NCBI GenBank assembly: GCA_913051545.1
Contig: CAJXCD010000004.1
Location: forward strand, 88,153 to 152,152
Length of the DNA stretch: 64,000 nt
DNA from: an uncultured Chloroflexota bacterium
GTDB lineage: Bacteria; Chloroflexota; Dehalococcoidia; Lucifugimonadales; CAJXCD01
Direction of reading: 5' to 3'
Below, one piece after another: positions 38,194 through 47,129 of this stretch (within the stretch, counting starts at the first letter, position 1; every line of letters begins with the position of its first letter). A program made the position numbers and the translations under genes. The notes beneath the pieces were generated by a model that had not been told where the DNA came from, ran no database searches, and saw only the letters and a program-made list of their open reading frames with translations.

Positions 38194-38294
38194 GGGAAAA
38201 TCGAACTATTGTGCGACCAATAATGAAACCGGCAATATCTATAAATGAGCCAAAAACTCACAGAGATTAGTAAGGAAGTATGACTCCTATAGAC

Positions 38295-38492
38295 CTAGGC
38301 AGCACTCTTCCTACCTCCGGTCTTCTTAGGTCGACCAGCAGCTTGTCTCCCTTTTTCTATTACGAATTCAGGTCTGACTTGATCTACATTAACAACGTAT
38401 CCACACTGCAAACACTCGTTGTATGGACCATACTGATCTTCATTCGTCTGCATATCACCCTTACATCTTGGGCATGATCTAAACGTAACCAT
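38295..38492 (-). CDS. Small zinc-ribbon protein with basic AT-hook-like tail
   Basis: 65 aa. CPRCKGD..(14)..CLQCGY zinc ribbon. C-terminal GRQAAGRPKKTGGRKSAA with a GRP core. Confidence 0.55.
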   Translation of the reverse strand: MVTFRSCPRCKGDMQTNEDQYGPYNECLQCGYVVNVDQVRPEFVIEKGRQAAGRPKKTGGRKSAA

Positions 38493-38519
38493 TTAACGTC
38501 ACTTACCTTTCGCGACAAA

Positions 38520-38547
38520 GCCCCTAGAGGGGACACCCTCTAGAGGC
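38520..38547 (-). promoter_or_regulatory. 12-bp stem-loop in the 5' leader of the zinc-ribbon gene
   Basis: Minus-strand RNA GCCUCUAGAGGG-UGUC-CCCUCUAGGGGC has 11 Watson-Crick pairs plus one G-U. The same position is a C-A mismatch on the plus strand. It lies between the predicted -10 and the ATG. Confidence 0.45.
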
Positions 38548-38571
38548 TCTCTTAATGTACACCGACGAAGG

Positions 38572-38600
38572 ATTGTACAGAATAATCCGACAATTGTCAA
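38572..38600 (-). promoter_or_regulatory. Near-consensus promoter (TTGACA-17-TACAAT) of the zinc-ribbon gene
   Basis: Minus-strand TTGACA (plus 38595-38600), 17-nt spacer, TACAAT (plus 38572-38577). Confidence 0.5.
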
Positions 38601-38611
38601 TAAATCACACT

Positions 38612-38998
38612 TTAAAGCCTATTTACATGTATAACATCTCCTGAACGAAATGACTTCAGTATCTTAGGATCTCCATCAATCCAACCTACATGGTTTACTG
38701 GGCTAGCTGGCCGAATTTCATTATCTTCACTTGCCGGTGTAGGACCAAAAAACAAACAGATAGCTGAACCCGGAGGCCAAAATCCAACTGTCCCAAAATC
38801 AACTACATCTTTAGCATTATCTTCACCAAGATTGATATCAGTACGGAAATAAATTTCATCCCCCCAAGTGCTCCCTGAGGTTGTTATTGGCAAAGATTCC
38901 CAAATAATATCAGTGGTCATATTATTATCCAACACAACTACTACACTGCAATCCCCAGCCTGAATGTTAATTTGTCGTTTTGACATAGAACTTTCCAT
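38612..38998 (-). CDS. Cyclophilin-like-fold protein (DUF3830-like)
   Basis: 128 aa. WESLPITTSGSTWGDEIYF..GTVGFWPPGSAICLFFGPTP pattern. Confidence 0.55.
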   Translation of the reverse strand: MESSMSKRQINIQAGDCSVVVVLDNNMTTDIIWESLPITTSGSTWGDEIYFRTDINLGEDNAKDVVDFGTVGFWPPGSAICLFFGPTPASEDNEIRPASPVNHVGWIDGDPKILKSFRSGDVIHVNRL

Positions 38999-39155
38999 AC
39001 GAATTACTCATTCTAATAGTAAAACCTATTTGTAAACTAAATTGATAGGATAGTTGTGCAAAACATAAACCAAGCAACAACTTCCTATAAAACGGCGACG
39101 AGAATATTAGAATCCGAGTATACAATATATACCACGCTTGGAAAGGATATTAAAT

Positions 39156-40205
39156 ATGCCTATTTTGAAACCAGAGAGGATCAAAAAAATTATCTCAGTA
39201 CTTCTTCAGAGTGCAGGAGCCACTCAACAAGAAGCTGTAATTGTCTCGAATCATTCAGTAAGAGCTAACCTAGCTGGCCATGATTCTCATGGAATAATTC
39301 AAATTCCTACATATATCGATAGAATTCGCCAAGGGCACGTTGTCCCAAAAGCACCTTTTGAAATCAAACGTGAGTCTCCCTCATCAACCGTCATTGATGG
39401 ACATTGGGGCTTTGGATACGTCGTATCCGAGAAAACTATGGAACTCACGATAGACAAGGCTAAGACTAGCAGTGTAGCGGCAGCAACCGTATTTCGCCAA
39501 GGCCATGTTGGAAGAGTGGCTGATTACCCAATTATGGCTGCAAAAGCTGGCATGATTGGTGTAATGACTGCTGATTCCGGTAGATCAGCCAAACAAGTTG
39601 CACCTTTCGGCGGACGAGAAGCTCGACTAGGGACGAATCCTATCTCCGTTGCAATACCAAGTAATCTCGAAGGTCCGCTTTTTGTTGATATGGCTACAAG
39701 CGCTGCTGCCGCCGGTAAAATAAACTTAGCTATTGCGAGGAATCAAACGATTCCAGAAGGATGGTTGATCAGTAAAGATGGGCGCCATACAACCGATCCG
39801 ACAGAATTCAGTCAAGGTGGTGCGATCTTACCACTGGGAGGTACGGAAGGGCATAAAGGATACGGCTTATCAGTCATAGTGGAAATATTATCAGGACTGT
39901 TAACAGGTCTCGGGTTCGGAGTGGAGCCATCCGGTAGACATAATGATGGTTGTTTTATGGCCGTGTTTAATGTTGAAGCATTTCGTCCATTAGAAGAATT
40001 CAAACAAGAAGTGACTGAACTTGCCTTATACTTAAAAAATACGCCACCTTCTCAAGGAAATACAGAAGTATATTATCCAGGTGAACTAGAACATATACGA
40101 ACCCAAAAGCTCCTCAAAGAAGGTATTTTAGTAGAAGATACCACTTGGTCAAAAATTAATGAGCTGGCCAGCGAATTTGGTGTCAAAGATGATTTAGATA
40201 TGTAA
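39156..40205 (+). CDS. Ldh2-family (malate/L-lactate/ureidoglycolate-type) dehydrogenase
   Basis: HDSHGI and LGGTEGHKGYGLS motifs. ATG 39156 after GAAAGGA; the ORF-track TTG start is 39138. Confidence 0.8.
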   Translation: MPILKPERIKKIISVLLQSAGATQQEAVIVSNHSVRANLAGHDSHGIIQIPTYIDRIRQGHVVPKAPFEIKRESPSSTVIDGHWGFGYVVSEKTMELTIDKAKTSSVAAATVFRQGHVGRVADYPIMAAKAGMIGVMTADSGRSAKQVAPFGGREARLGTNPISVAIPSNLEGPLFVDMATSAAAAGKINLAIARNQTIPEGWLISKDGRHTTDPTEFSQGGAILPLGGTEGHKGYGLSVIVEILSGLLTGLGFGVEPSGRHNDGCFMAVFNVEAFRPLEEFKQEVTELALYLKNTPPSQGNTEVYYPGELEHIRTQKLLKEGILVEDTTWSKINELASEFGVKDDLDM

Positions 40206-40228
40206 TTATATATTTTAATAAACCATAA

Positions 40229-40837
40229 TTATTTTGCTAAAGATAAACCATACTCTCTGGCAGCATCCTTAATCCATAAAACTAAGTAATCTGCATAGCT
40301 CCGTCTTACGATTAGATCATAAGATGGAGAATTATCTATTTTTCTAATTATCACACCCGTTTTTGCAATTATAGTTTGGGCACATTTGCCATCACCAAAT
40401 ACCCTGGGATGAAGATCTAACGTGCAACCCTTTGCCAAAAGATTCATGGAATTGGGACCGTCAAGATTTATAACAGTCTGACCGCCAGACATATCAACTA
40501 TTGATGCAACTTTACCAATCAACCCCTTAGACAATCTATCTAACATGGAATTTGGATAACACTCTGTAGTTAGAATCAACCATTCGTCAGGTCCAAGCCA
40601 TAACACGGACACCTCCCCATTAATGTTTACTGTATTTGGCTCAATAGGAACCTCCACACCCAAAATGTTCCCTAATGCATCCACATTTCCGTCATCAGAT
40701 ATATCTAGCCGCAAGTTTATATGATCCTTAAACCGTTTTTCTGAAATAAATACCGAGGATTCATTAAGCGTATTAAAAGTCGGAATAGAATTCAGTTCCT
40801 TTTCAATAGAAGATTTAGCTGTTGGAATTTCAGACAT
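40229..40837 (-). CDS. soxG: Sarcosine oxidase gamma subunit
   Basis: Position after soxA. Likely start ATG 40837 (MSEIPTAK) overlaps the soxA stop as ATGTCTGA; the ORF-track start 40930 is an extension into soxA. Confidence 0.7.
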   Translation of the reverse strand: MSEIPTAKSSIEKELNSIPTFNTLNESSVFISEKRFKDHINLRLDISDDGNVDALGNILGVEVPIEPNTVNINGEVSVLWLGPDEWLILTTECYPNSMLDRLSKGLIGKVASIVDMSGGQTVINLDGPNSMNLLAKGCTLDLHPRVFGDGKCAQTIIAKTGVIIRKIDNSPSYDLIVRRSYADYLVLWIKDAAREYGLSLAK

Positions 40838-43800
40838 CTTGGCGCTTCCCTTGGGGATCATAAAAAACTGGATTAGATATGAAAGCTGAAATAACCTTAC
40901 TGTCATTGATTGAAACATATACTTTCTCACCTAATTTTGAGTGGCCACCTTCTACAAACCCCAGAGCAATTGAATGGCCTAGAGTAGGGCTCATATAACT
41001 AGAAGTAATATGCCCTAACATAGGAACAGGTACACTTCCTGAAGAGCTACTGATAACCTGAGAACCTTCGGGAATAACCGTTGAAGGATCCTCTGTGATC
41101 AAACCTACCAGTTGCTTTCGATCCGTTCGAATAGAATCTTCTCTAGATAAAGATCGCTTACCTAGAAAGTCATCCTTACGTTTCGTGATAATCCAATTCA
41201 TACCCAAGTCTGAGGGTGTCATGGAACCATCCGTATCTTGACCTACTATTACATATCCTTTTTCTGCTCGAAGCAGATGCATGGCTTCTGTACCAAATGG
41301 AGTGATACCATAATTCTTTCCCGCTCCAATCACCGATTCCCACAAGTGCAAACCATAATCGGCATTCACGTTTATCTCATATGAAAGTTCTCCCACAAAA
41401 CTTACTCGGAATATTCGAGCCTGTACACCAGCAACTACGCCTCGTCTGACCGCCATGTACGGGAAAGCATCGTTCGTAAGATCTATGCCTTCACAAATCT
41501 TAGACAACAAATTCCTGCTATTAGGACCGTTGATTTGTATAGTGGCCCATTGATCAGTAACGGATGTCAAATAGACATTTAGATCAGGCCACTCTGTCTG
41601 TAACCACAACTCAAGCCAATTCATTACATTACCTGCTCCACTTGATGTGGTATGCATCAAATAGTGATCATCTTCTAGCTTAGCCGTAACTCCATCGTCC
41701 ATGACCATACCGTCTTCTCCAAGCATCAACCCATACCTACACTGTCCTACCTGTAACTTCCTCCATGAATTTGTATATACCCTCTCTAAAAAGTCTGTCG
41801 CATTTGGACCTTTGATATCTATTTTACCTAGAGTTGAAGCATCTAGAACTCCAACACTCTCACGAACAGCAAGACACTCCCTTTCTACAGCTTCTTCCAT
41901 GAATTCTCTGCCACGCGGGTAAAACCAAGGGCGTTTCCATTGACCTACATTTTCAAATTTTGCTCCTGCTGCCTCATGCCATTCATGTATAGCTGTTTTT
42001 CTTACTGGATCAAATAATATACCTTTATCAGGCCCAGCTAATGCACCATAAGAAATAGGGGTGTAATTAGGCCTAAAAGTAGTTGTACCTATATCGGATA
42101 TGTCCTGTCCCAATGCATCAGCTAAAATCCCGATGCCATTAATGTTTCCTAACTTACCTTGATCATTACCCATACCTAAAGTTGTATACCTCTTAACGTG
42201 CTGAATCGATTCATATCCTTCACGGGCAGCAATATATATGTCTGATGAAGATGTGTCCGTCTGAAAATCTACAAACTGTTTAGTCCATTTACTTTCGTTT
42301 CCGCTGGATGGAACTTTCCACATTGGACACAAAGGGTCTTCAGTTTGAAAATCTGTACAGGCAGTATTTTCTGACCACTCACCCACACCAAAACCAGTCG
42401 CATAAGCTGCCCTGGATCCTGCCTTGATACCATCATCTATACACTCTTTCAAATCAAAGGTGCCATTGCAGGAACCAACCGACTGCTCATTTTGAGAATT
42501 TATACCAGGCACAAAACATGATTTAGAAACATCATACCGAAGTGTGCCACCTGACTGTGAATGCAAATGCACAGTCGGATTCCAACCACCAGAAACTGCC
42601 ACTAGGTCGCATCTCAATTTATGTGATTTGCCATAAATTTTCTTGCTATCATAATCAATGTTCATCAATTCTACGGCCCTGATATTCTTACTACCCTTAA
42701 CATCCACTATTACGCTGCTGTCAAAAATTGGAACACCATGGCTTCTGACTATATTTGGCAATGTTCCATTAGGTTTCGGACGAGGATCTATCACTCCTGC
42801 TACATCAACTCCAGAACTCAACAGATCTAGCACTGATGAATAAGCACTGTCATTATTAGTAAAAACTACGGCAGAAGAACCTAATTTCACAGCATATCTA
42901 TTAATGTAGGCAGATACCGAAGATGCTAACATAACCCCAGGACGATCGTTGTTTTGAAAAACTAACGGACGCTCTATAGATCCCGTGGCAAGCACAACCT
43001 CTTTCGCTCTAACTCTCCAAATCCTCTGTCTAGGAGATAGCCCGTCACTAATCGAAGAATGATCTGTAACTCTCTCTAAAACACCTACAAAATTGTGGTC
43101 GTAGTAGCCAAAAGCCGTACTTCTTGGTAAAAGAGTAACCTCTGGCATCAGTTTAAGTTCATCCAATATTGATGAAACCCAATTCATCCCATGACTCTTA
43201 TGGTAATTCTCATTTGCATTTAAGATACTCCCGCCAAACTCTGCCTGTTCATCAACCAATATGACTCGCGCACCAGTACGCCCTGCTTCAACGGCAGCAG
43301 ACAATCCTGCTGGACCTGAACCCACAATAAGCACATCGCAATGAGCATTTATCTTGTCGTACCTATCTGGGTCCTTCATATCCGGGGCCACACCATAACC
43401 TCCCGACCTCCTAAGAATCAGTTCATACAGTCCCCATAAGAATCGTGGCCACATAAAAGTCTTATAATAGAATCCCGGGGGCAACAAACTCGAAAACATA
43501 CCAGTCAGTGAACGAATATCGAATTTGACACTAGGCCAACAATTGACACTAGATGCAGATAGACCATCGTATAATTCTATTTGAGTAGCTATTTGGTTAG
43601 GGGACGTGCGCGGATTTTTCCCTAGTTGGACAAGTGCATTTGGTTCTTCTGAACCACTCCCTACAATTCCTCGTGGGCGGTGATACTTAAAACTCCTACC
43701 TACGAGCCTGACACCATTCGCAAGTAATGCAGAAGCTAAGGTATCACCAACATAACCGCTATATATACGACCATTAAATGTAAATTCTAATGGTCGATCT

Positions 43801-43844
43801 CGATCTAAGCGACCGCCTGAATTTAACCTATAAGCACCTCTCAA
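40830..43844 (-). CDS. soxA: Sarcosine oxidase alpha subunit
   Basis: 1004 aa. Rossmann VLIVGSGPAGLSAA and a C-terminal GcvT-like folate-binding domain. Confidence 0.9.
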   Translation of the reverse strand: MRGAYRLNSGGRLDRDRPLEFTFNGRIYSGYVGDTLASALLANGVRLVGRSFKYHRPRGIVGSGSEEPNALVQLGKNPRTSPNQIATQIELYDGLSASSVNCWPSVKFDIRSLTGMFSSLLPPGFYYKTFMWPRFLWGLYELILRRSGGYGVAPDMKDPDRYDKINAHCDVLIVGSGPAGLSAAVEAGRTGARVILVDEQAEFGGSILNANENYHKSHGMNWVSSILDELKLMPEVTLLPRSTAFGYYDHNFVGVLERVTDHSSISDGLSPRQRIWRVRAKEVVLATGSIERPLVFQNNDRPGVMLASSVSAYINRYAVKLGSSAVVFTNNDSAYSSVLDLLSSGVDVAGVIDPRPKPNGTLPNIVRSHGVPIFDSSVIVDVKGSKNIRAVELMNIDYDSKKIYGKSHKLRCDLVAVSGGWNPTVHLHSQSGGTLRYDVSKSCFVPGINSQNEQSVGSCNGTFDLKECIDDGIKAGSRAAYATGFGVGEWSENTACTDFQTEDPLCPMWKVPSSGNESKWTKQFVDFQTDTSSSDIYIAAREGYESIQHVKRYTTLGMGNDQGKLGNINGIGILADALGQDISDIGTTTFRPNYTPISYGALAGPDKGILFDPVRKTAIHEWHEAAGAKFENVGQWKRPWFYPRGREFMEEAVERECLAVRESVGVLDASTLGKIDIKGPNATDFLERVYTNSWRKLQVGQCRYGLMLGEDGMVMDDGVTAKLEDDHYLMHTTSSGAGNVMNWLELWLQTEWPDLNVYLTSVTDQWATIQINGPNSRNLLSKICEGIDLTNDAFPYMAVRRGVVAGVQARIFRVSFVGELSYEINVNADYGLHLWESVIGAGKNYGITPFGTEAMHLLRAEKGYVIVGQDTDGSMTPSDLGMNWIITKRKDDFLGKRSLSREDSIRTDRKQLVGLITEDPSTVIPEGSQVISSSSGSVPVPMLGHITSSYMSPTLGHSIALGFVEGGHSKLGEKVYVSINDSKVISAFISNPVFYDPQGKRQDV

Positions 43845-44122
43845 GACTTACTCTCCGGATTAATTTCACCTATTTTGTGTGTATTTAATATTTCATAACT
43901 AACCGTTTCCCGCTCCGCTAGAAACCAGCGTCTGCACCCGTAAGAATGTAACCACTGTTCCATATATAACCCCTTTGTATTCTTACGCATGAACAAATAA
44001 TCAGACCAACTATCATCCGAAATAGATTCCGGATCTTGTGGCCTTACTATATTCCCCTCACCACCGTACATGAATTCTGATTCGTCCCTGTTACCACACC
44101 ATGGACAATCAATCATTAACAT
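43841..44122 (-). CDS. soxD: Sarcosine oxidase delta subunit
   Basis: 93 aa. CPWCGNRDESEFMYGGE zinc motif. 4-nt overlap with soxA. Confidence 0.85.
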   Translation of the reverse strand: MLMIDCPWCGNRDESEFMYGGEGNIVRPQDPESISDDSWSDYLFMRKNTKGLYMEQWLHSYGCRRWFLAERETVSYEILNTHKIGEINPESKS

Positions 44123-44173
44123 TACACATTACTCCATGTAACCAATTAACACTTTAATCAATATCTAAAATAA

Positions 44174-45424
44174 TCAATGAGCAACACCTGCCGCCCCATG
44201 CTCATCAATCAACTTACCGGTAATAAATCTCTCAAGTGAAAATGGTTCATTCAGATTATGAGGAGTGTCATTTGCAATTGTGTAAGCAAATACCCATCCT
44301 GACCCAGGCGTAGCTTTGTATCCACCTGTACCCCAACCGCAATTTAAAAAGAGTCCCTTCAAAGGAGTCTTTCCAATGATAGGACATGCGTCAGGAGTAG
44401 TATCTACTATACCTCCCCACTGCCGAACTACCCGTATTCTACTAAATATAGGAAACAATTCTATTATCGATGAAGCGGCATGTTCCAGCACAGAAAAACT
44501 TCCCCTTTGACCGTATCCTACATATGCATCTATGCCAGCACCTGCGAGCAATTCGCCTCGATCTGTTTGACTGACATAAGCATGTACGCTATTGGACATT
44601 ACCACAACATCCAAAACTGGCTTAATTGGATCTGTCACCCATGCTTGAAGAGGATGCGTTTCAATAGGCAAACGAAATCCAGCCATATTTGCAAGCACTG
44701 TACTATGCCCAGCCACTGCCACACCAATCTTTTTTGCTTTAATGTAACCTTTAGTGGTATCGACTCCTACAGCAGAACCATCTTCTTGTCTTATTCCTAC
44801 CACTTCACATCCCTGAATAATATCAACACCAAAAGCATCGGCGGCACGCCCAAAACCCCAAGCAACTCCGTCATGGCGAGCGGTGCCCCCCCGCTTCTGT
44901 AAAGACGCTCCGAGGATCGGATATCGAGTGTCGGGAGATGTGTTAATAATTGGCACTAAGCCTTTAACTTCTTCAGTGGATAATAATTCACTGTCTATGC
45001 CATTCAACCTGTTAGCGTTCACTCTACGCGATATGTCACGCATATCTTGCAAGCTATGACCCAGATTTAACACTCCCTTCTTACTGTACATAAGATTAAA
45101 ATTGAGTTCACTACTGAGATTCTGCCAAAGTTTTAGTGAAAACTCATACAACTGTGCCGCTTCATCCCACAAATAATTTGAGCGTACTATTTCTGTATTA
45201 CGTCCTGTATTTCCACCTCCTATATACCCTTTCTCTAAAACTGCAATTTTAGTGATCTTATGTTCTTTAGCAAGATAATATGCTGTGGCCAGCCCATGAC
45301 CTCCACCACCTATTATCACCACATCATATTCGGGTCTAGGATTAGGATTTCTCCATACCCTGTCCCAATTAGAATGGTGGTTAATTCCGTTCCTTACAAG
45401 ACTGAAAAGTGAATATCTCTTCAT
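44174..45424 (-). CDS. soxB: Sarcosine oxidase beta subunit
   Basis: [22 protein letters not shown] fold; 416 aa. First gene of soxBDAG. Confidence 0.9.
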   Translation of the reverse strand: MKRYSLFSLVRNGINHHSNWDRVWRNPNPRPEYDVVIIGGGGHGLATAYYLAKEHKITKIAVLEKGYIGGGNTGRNTEIVRSNYLWDEAAQLYEFSLKLWQNLSSELNFNLMYSKKGVLNLGHSLQDMRDISRRVNANRLNGIDSELLSTEEVKGLVPIINTSPDTRYPILGASLQKRGGTARHDGVAWGFGRAADAFGVDIIQGCEVVGIRQEDGSAVGVDTTKGYIKAKKIGVAVAGHSTVLANMAGFRLPIETHPLQAWVTDPIKPVLDVVVMSNSVHAYVSQTDRGELLAGAGIDAYVGYGQRGSFSVLEHAASSIIELFPIFSRIRVVRQWGGIVDTTPDACPIIGKTPLKGLFLNCGWGTGGYKATPGSGWVFAYTIANDTPHNLNEPFSLERFITGKLIDEHGAAGVAH

Positions 45425-45510
45425 AAACTAAATACTTTCTAAGGTAACTTGCCTTATAATAACTTAGGCATCAAACTCAATCCACCCACACAGATATTTA
45501 GGAGAAATTA

Positions 45511-46608
45511 ATGGAATTCTCTATAGCAGTGCTCCCGGGCGACGGCATAGGGCCTGAGGTTATTAGTGAAGCAGTAAAAGTTCTTAAAGTAATTGGCACA
45601 AGATTTGGTCATGAATTCAACTTGCAATATGGTTTAATAGGCGGATCAGCAATAGATGAAACGGGCAGTGCCCTTCCAGACGAATCAGCAAATTTATGCT
45701 CCAAATCAGATGGAATACTATACGGTGCCGTTGGTGGACCAAAGTGGGACGGTCCTGATATCCCTGTTCGACCAGAGGACGGTATTCTAACCGTTAGAAA
45801 AACACTCGACCTTTTCGCAAATATTCGTCCTGTGAAGGGATACAGATCAATCGCTGACTCCAGCCCAATTAAGCCAGAATTACTCGAGAACGTAGACATG
45901 CTAATCCTACGAGAATTAACAGGTGGTCTATATTTCTCAAAACCAAAAAAAAGATGGGAAACTTCTAGAGGCAGACGTGGTGTTGACACACTCCGATATT
46001 CGGAAGAGGAAATAGAAAGAATAGTCCGCGTAGGCTTCGAACTTGCTTCTCGTAGAAAAAAGCTGTTGACCTCTGTAGATAAGGCCAACGTTCTCGAATC
46101 TTCACGGCTGTGGCGTGAAGTCGCAACCGAAATCTCTGACGATTATCCCGACGTGGAACTTGAGCACATATACGTTGATAACCTTTCTGTACAAATAATT
46201 CGAAATCCATCCCATTATGACGTGATAGTAGCAGAGAATACTTTTGGGGACATAATTTCTGATGAAGCTGCTGTACTCGCAGGCTCGTTGGGTATGCTTC
46301 CATCAGCTAGTTTGTCCGGATATCCACCAGATATTGATACTAATAACATGTCATCTAATTTGTATGAACCAATTCATGGTAGTGCTCCGGATATAGCCGG
46401 GCAAGGGATAGCAAACCCAATCGGAACAATCCTCAGTATGGCAATGATGCTGAGATTATCATTTGGGTTAGAAGATGAGGCTTCTAATGTTGAAATATCT
46501 GTTGAGCAGGTATTATCGGAAGGTTATCGGACTTCTGATATATCACCGAATAACTCAAATGTAGTAAACACCCAAAAAATGGGCGATTTAATAGCGATGC
46601 GAATCTAG
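45511..46608 (+). CDS. leuB: 3-isopropylmalate dehydrogenase
   Basis: IAVLPGDGIGPEV and ENTFGDIISDEAAVLAGSLGMLPSASL motifs. Confidence 0.95.
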   Translation: MEFSIAVLPGDGIGPEVISEAVKVLKVIGTRFGHEFNLQYGLIGGSAIDETGSALPDESANLCSKSDGILYGAVGGPKWDGPDIPVRPEDGILTVRKTLDLFANIRPVKGYRSIADSSPIKPELLENVDMLILRELTGGLYFSKPKKRWETSRGRRGVDTLRYSEEEIERIVRVGFELASRRKKLLTSVDKANVLESSRLWREVATEISDDYPDVELEHIYVDNLSVQIIRNPSHYDVIVAENTFGDIISDEAAVLAGSLGMLPSASLSGYPPDIDTNNMSSNLYEPIHGSAPDIAGQGIANPIGTILSMAMMLRLSFGLEDEASNVEISVEQVLSEGYRTSDISPNNSNVVNTQKMGDLIAMRI

Positions 46609-47087
46609 ATAGTTTTGAACAGAGGACTTCCCATTTTCAATATAATGTCCCATTCTTCATATGTGATAGGGTGAACAGACAGCCTTGGCCGTGTAAATAT
46701 TGAACAGTTTTCGAGAGATGGTGTTGATCTCATTTCTGCCAGAGTAACAGTTTTTTCAAGTTCTACTTGTCCTCTTATATCTACCATGTACCATATTGGT
46801 TTTTCAGGTGAACTTTTGGGATCTGGATGCTCGGAATTTGGATCCCAGGCTGTATGATCTGGATATCCATTTCTCACTACCACTGCGGTTCCTACAACAC
46901 CTGTAGGCTTTGCATTCGAGTGATAGAAAAGAACATAGTCACCTTCTTTGATTTCATCTCTCAAGAAATTTCTGGCTTGGTAATTCCTAACTCCATCCCA
47001 TTCAGCGGTCTGCTTTGGTTCATCCATTAAATCAGCGAATGAATATGCGGTCGGTTCAGATTTAAAAAGCCAGTAGTGCTTGGACAT
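46605..47087 (-). CDS. EVE (PUA-like) domain protein
   Basis: HYWLFKSEP..WDGVRNYQARNFLRDEIKEGDYVLFYHSN. Confidence 0.8.
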   Translation of the reverse strand: MSKHYWLFKSEPTAYSFADLMDEPKQTAEWDGVRNYQARNFLRDEIKEGDYVLFYHSNAKPTGVVGTAVVVRNGYPDHTAWDPNSEHPDPKSSPEKPIWYMVDIRGQVELEKTVTLAEMRSTPSLENCSIFTRPRLSVHPITYEEWDIILKMGSPLFKTI

Positions 47088-47129
47088 AATTACTTCCTCT
47101 AATGGAAAAATTAATGAAATCAGTTCACA

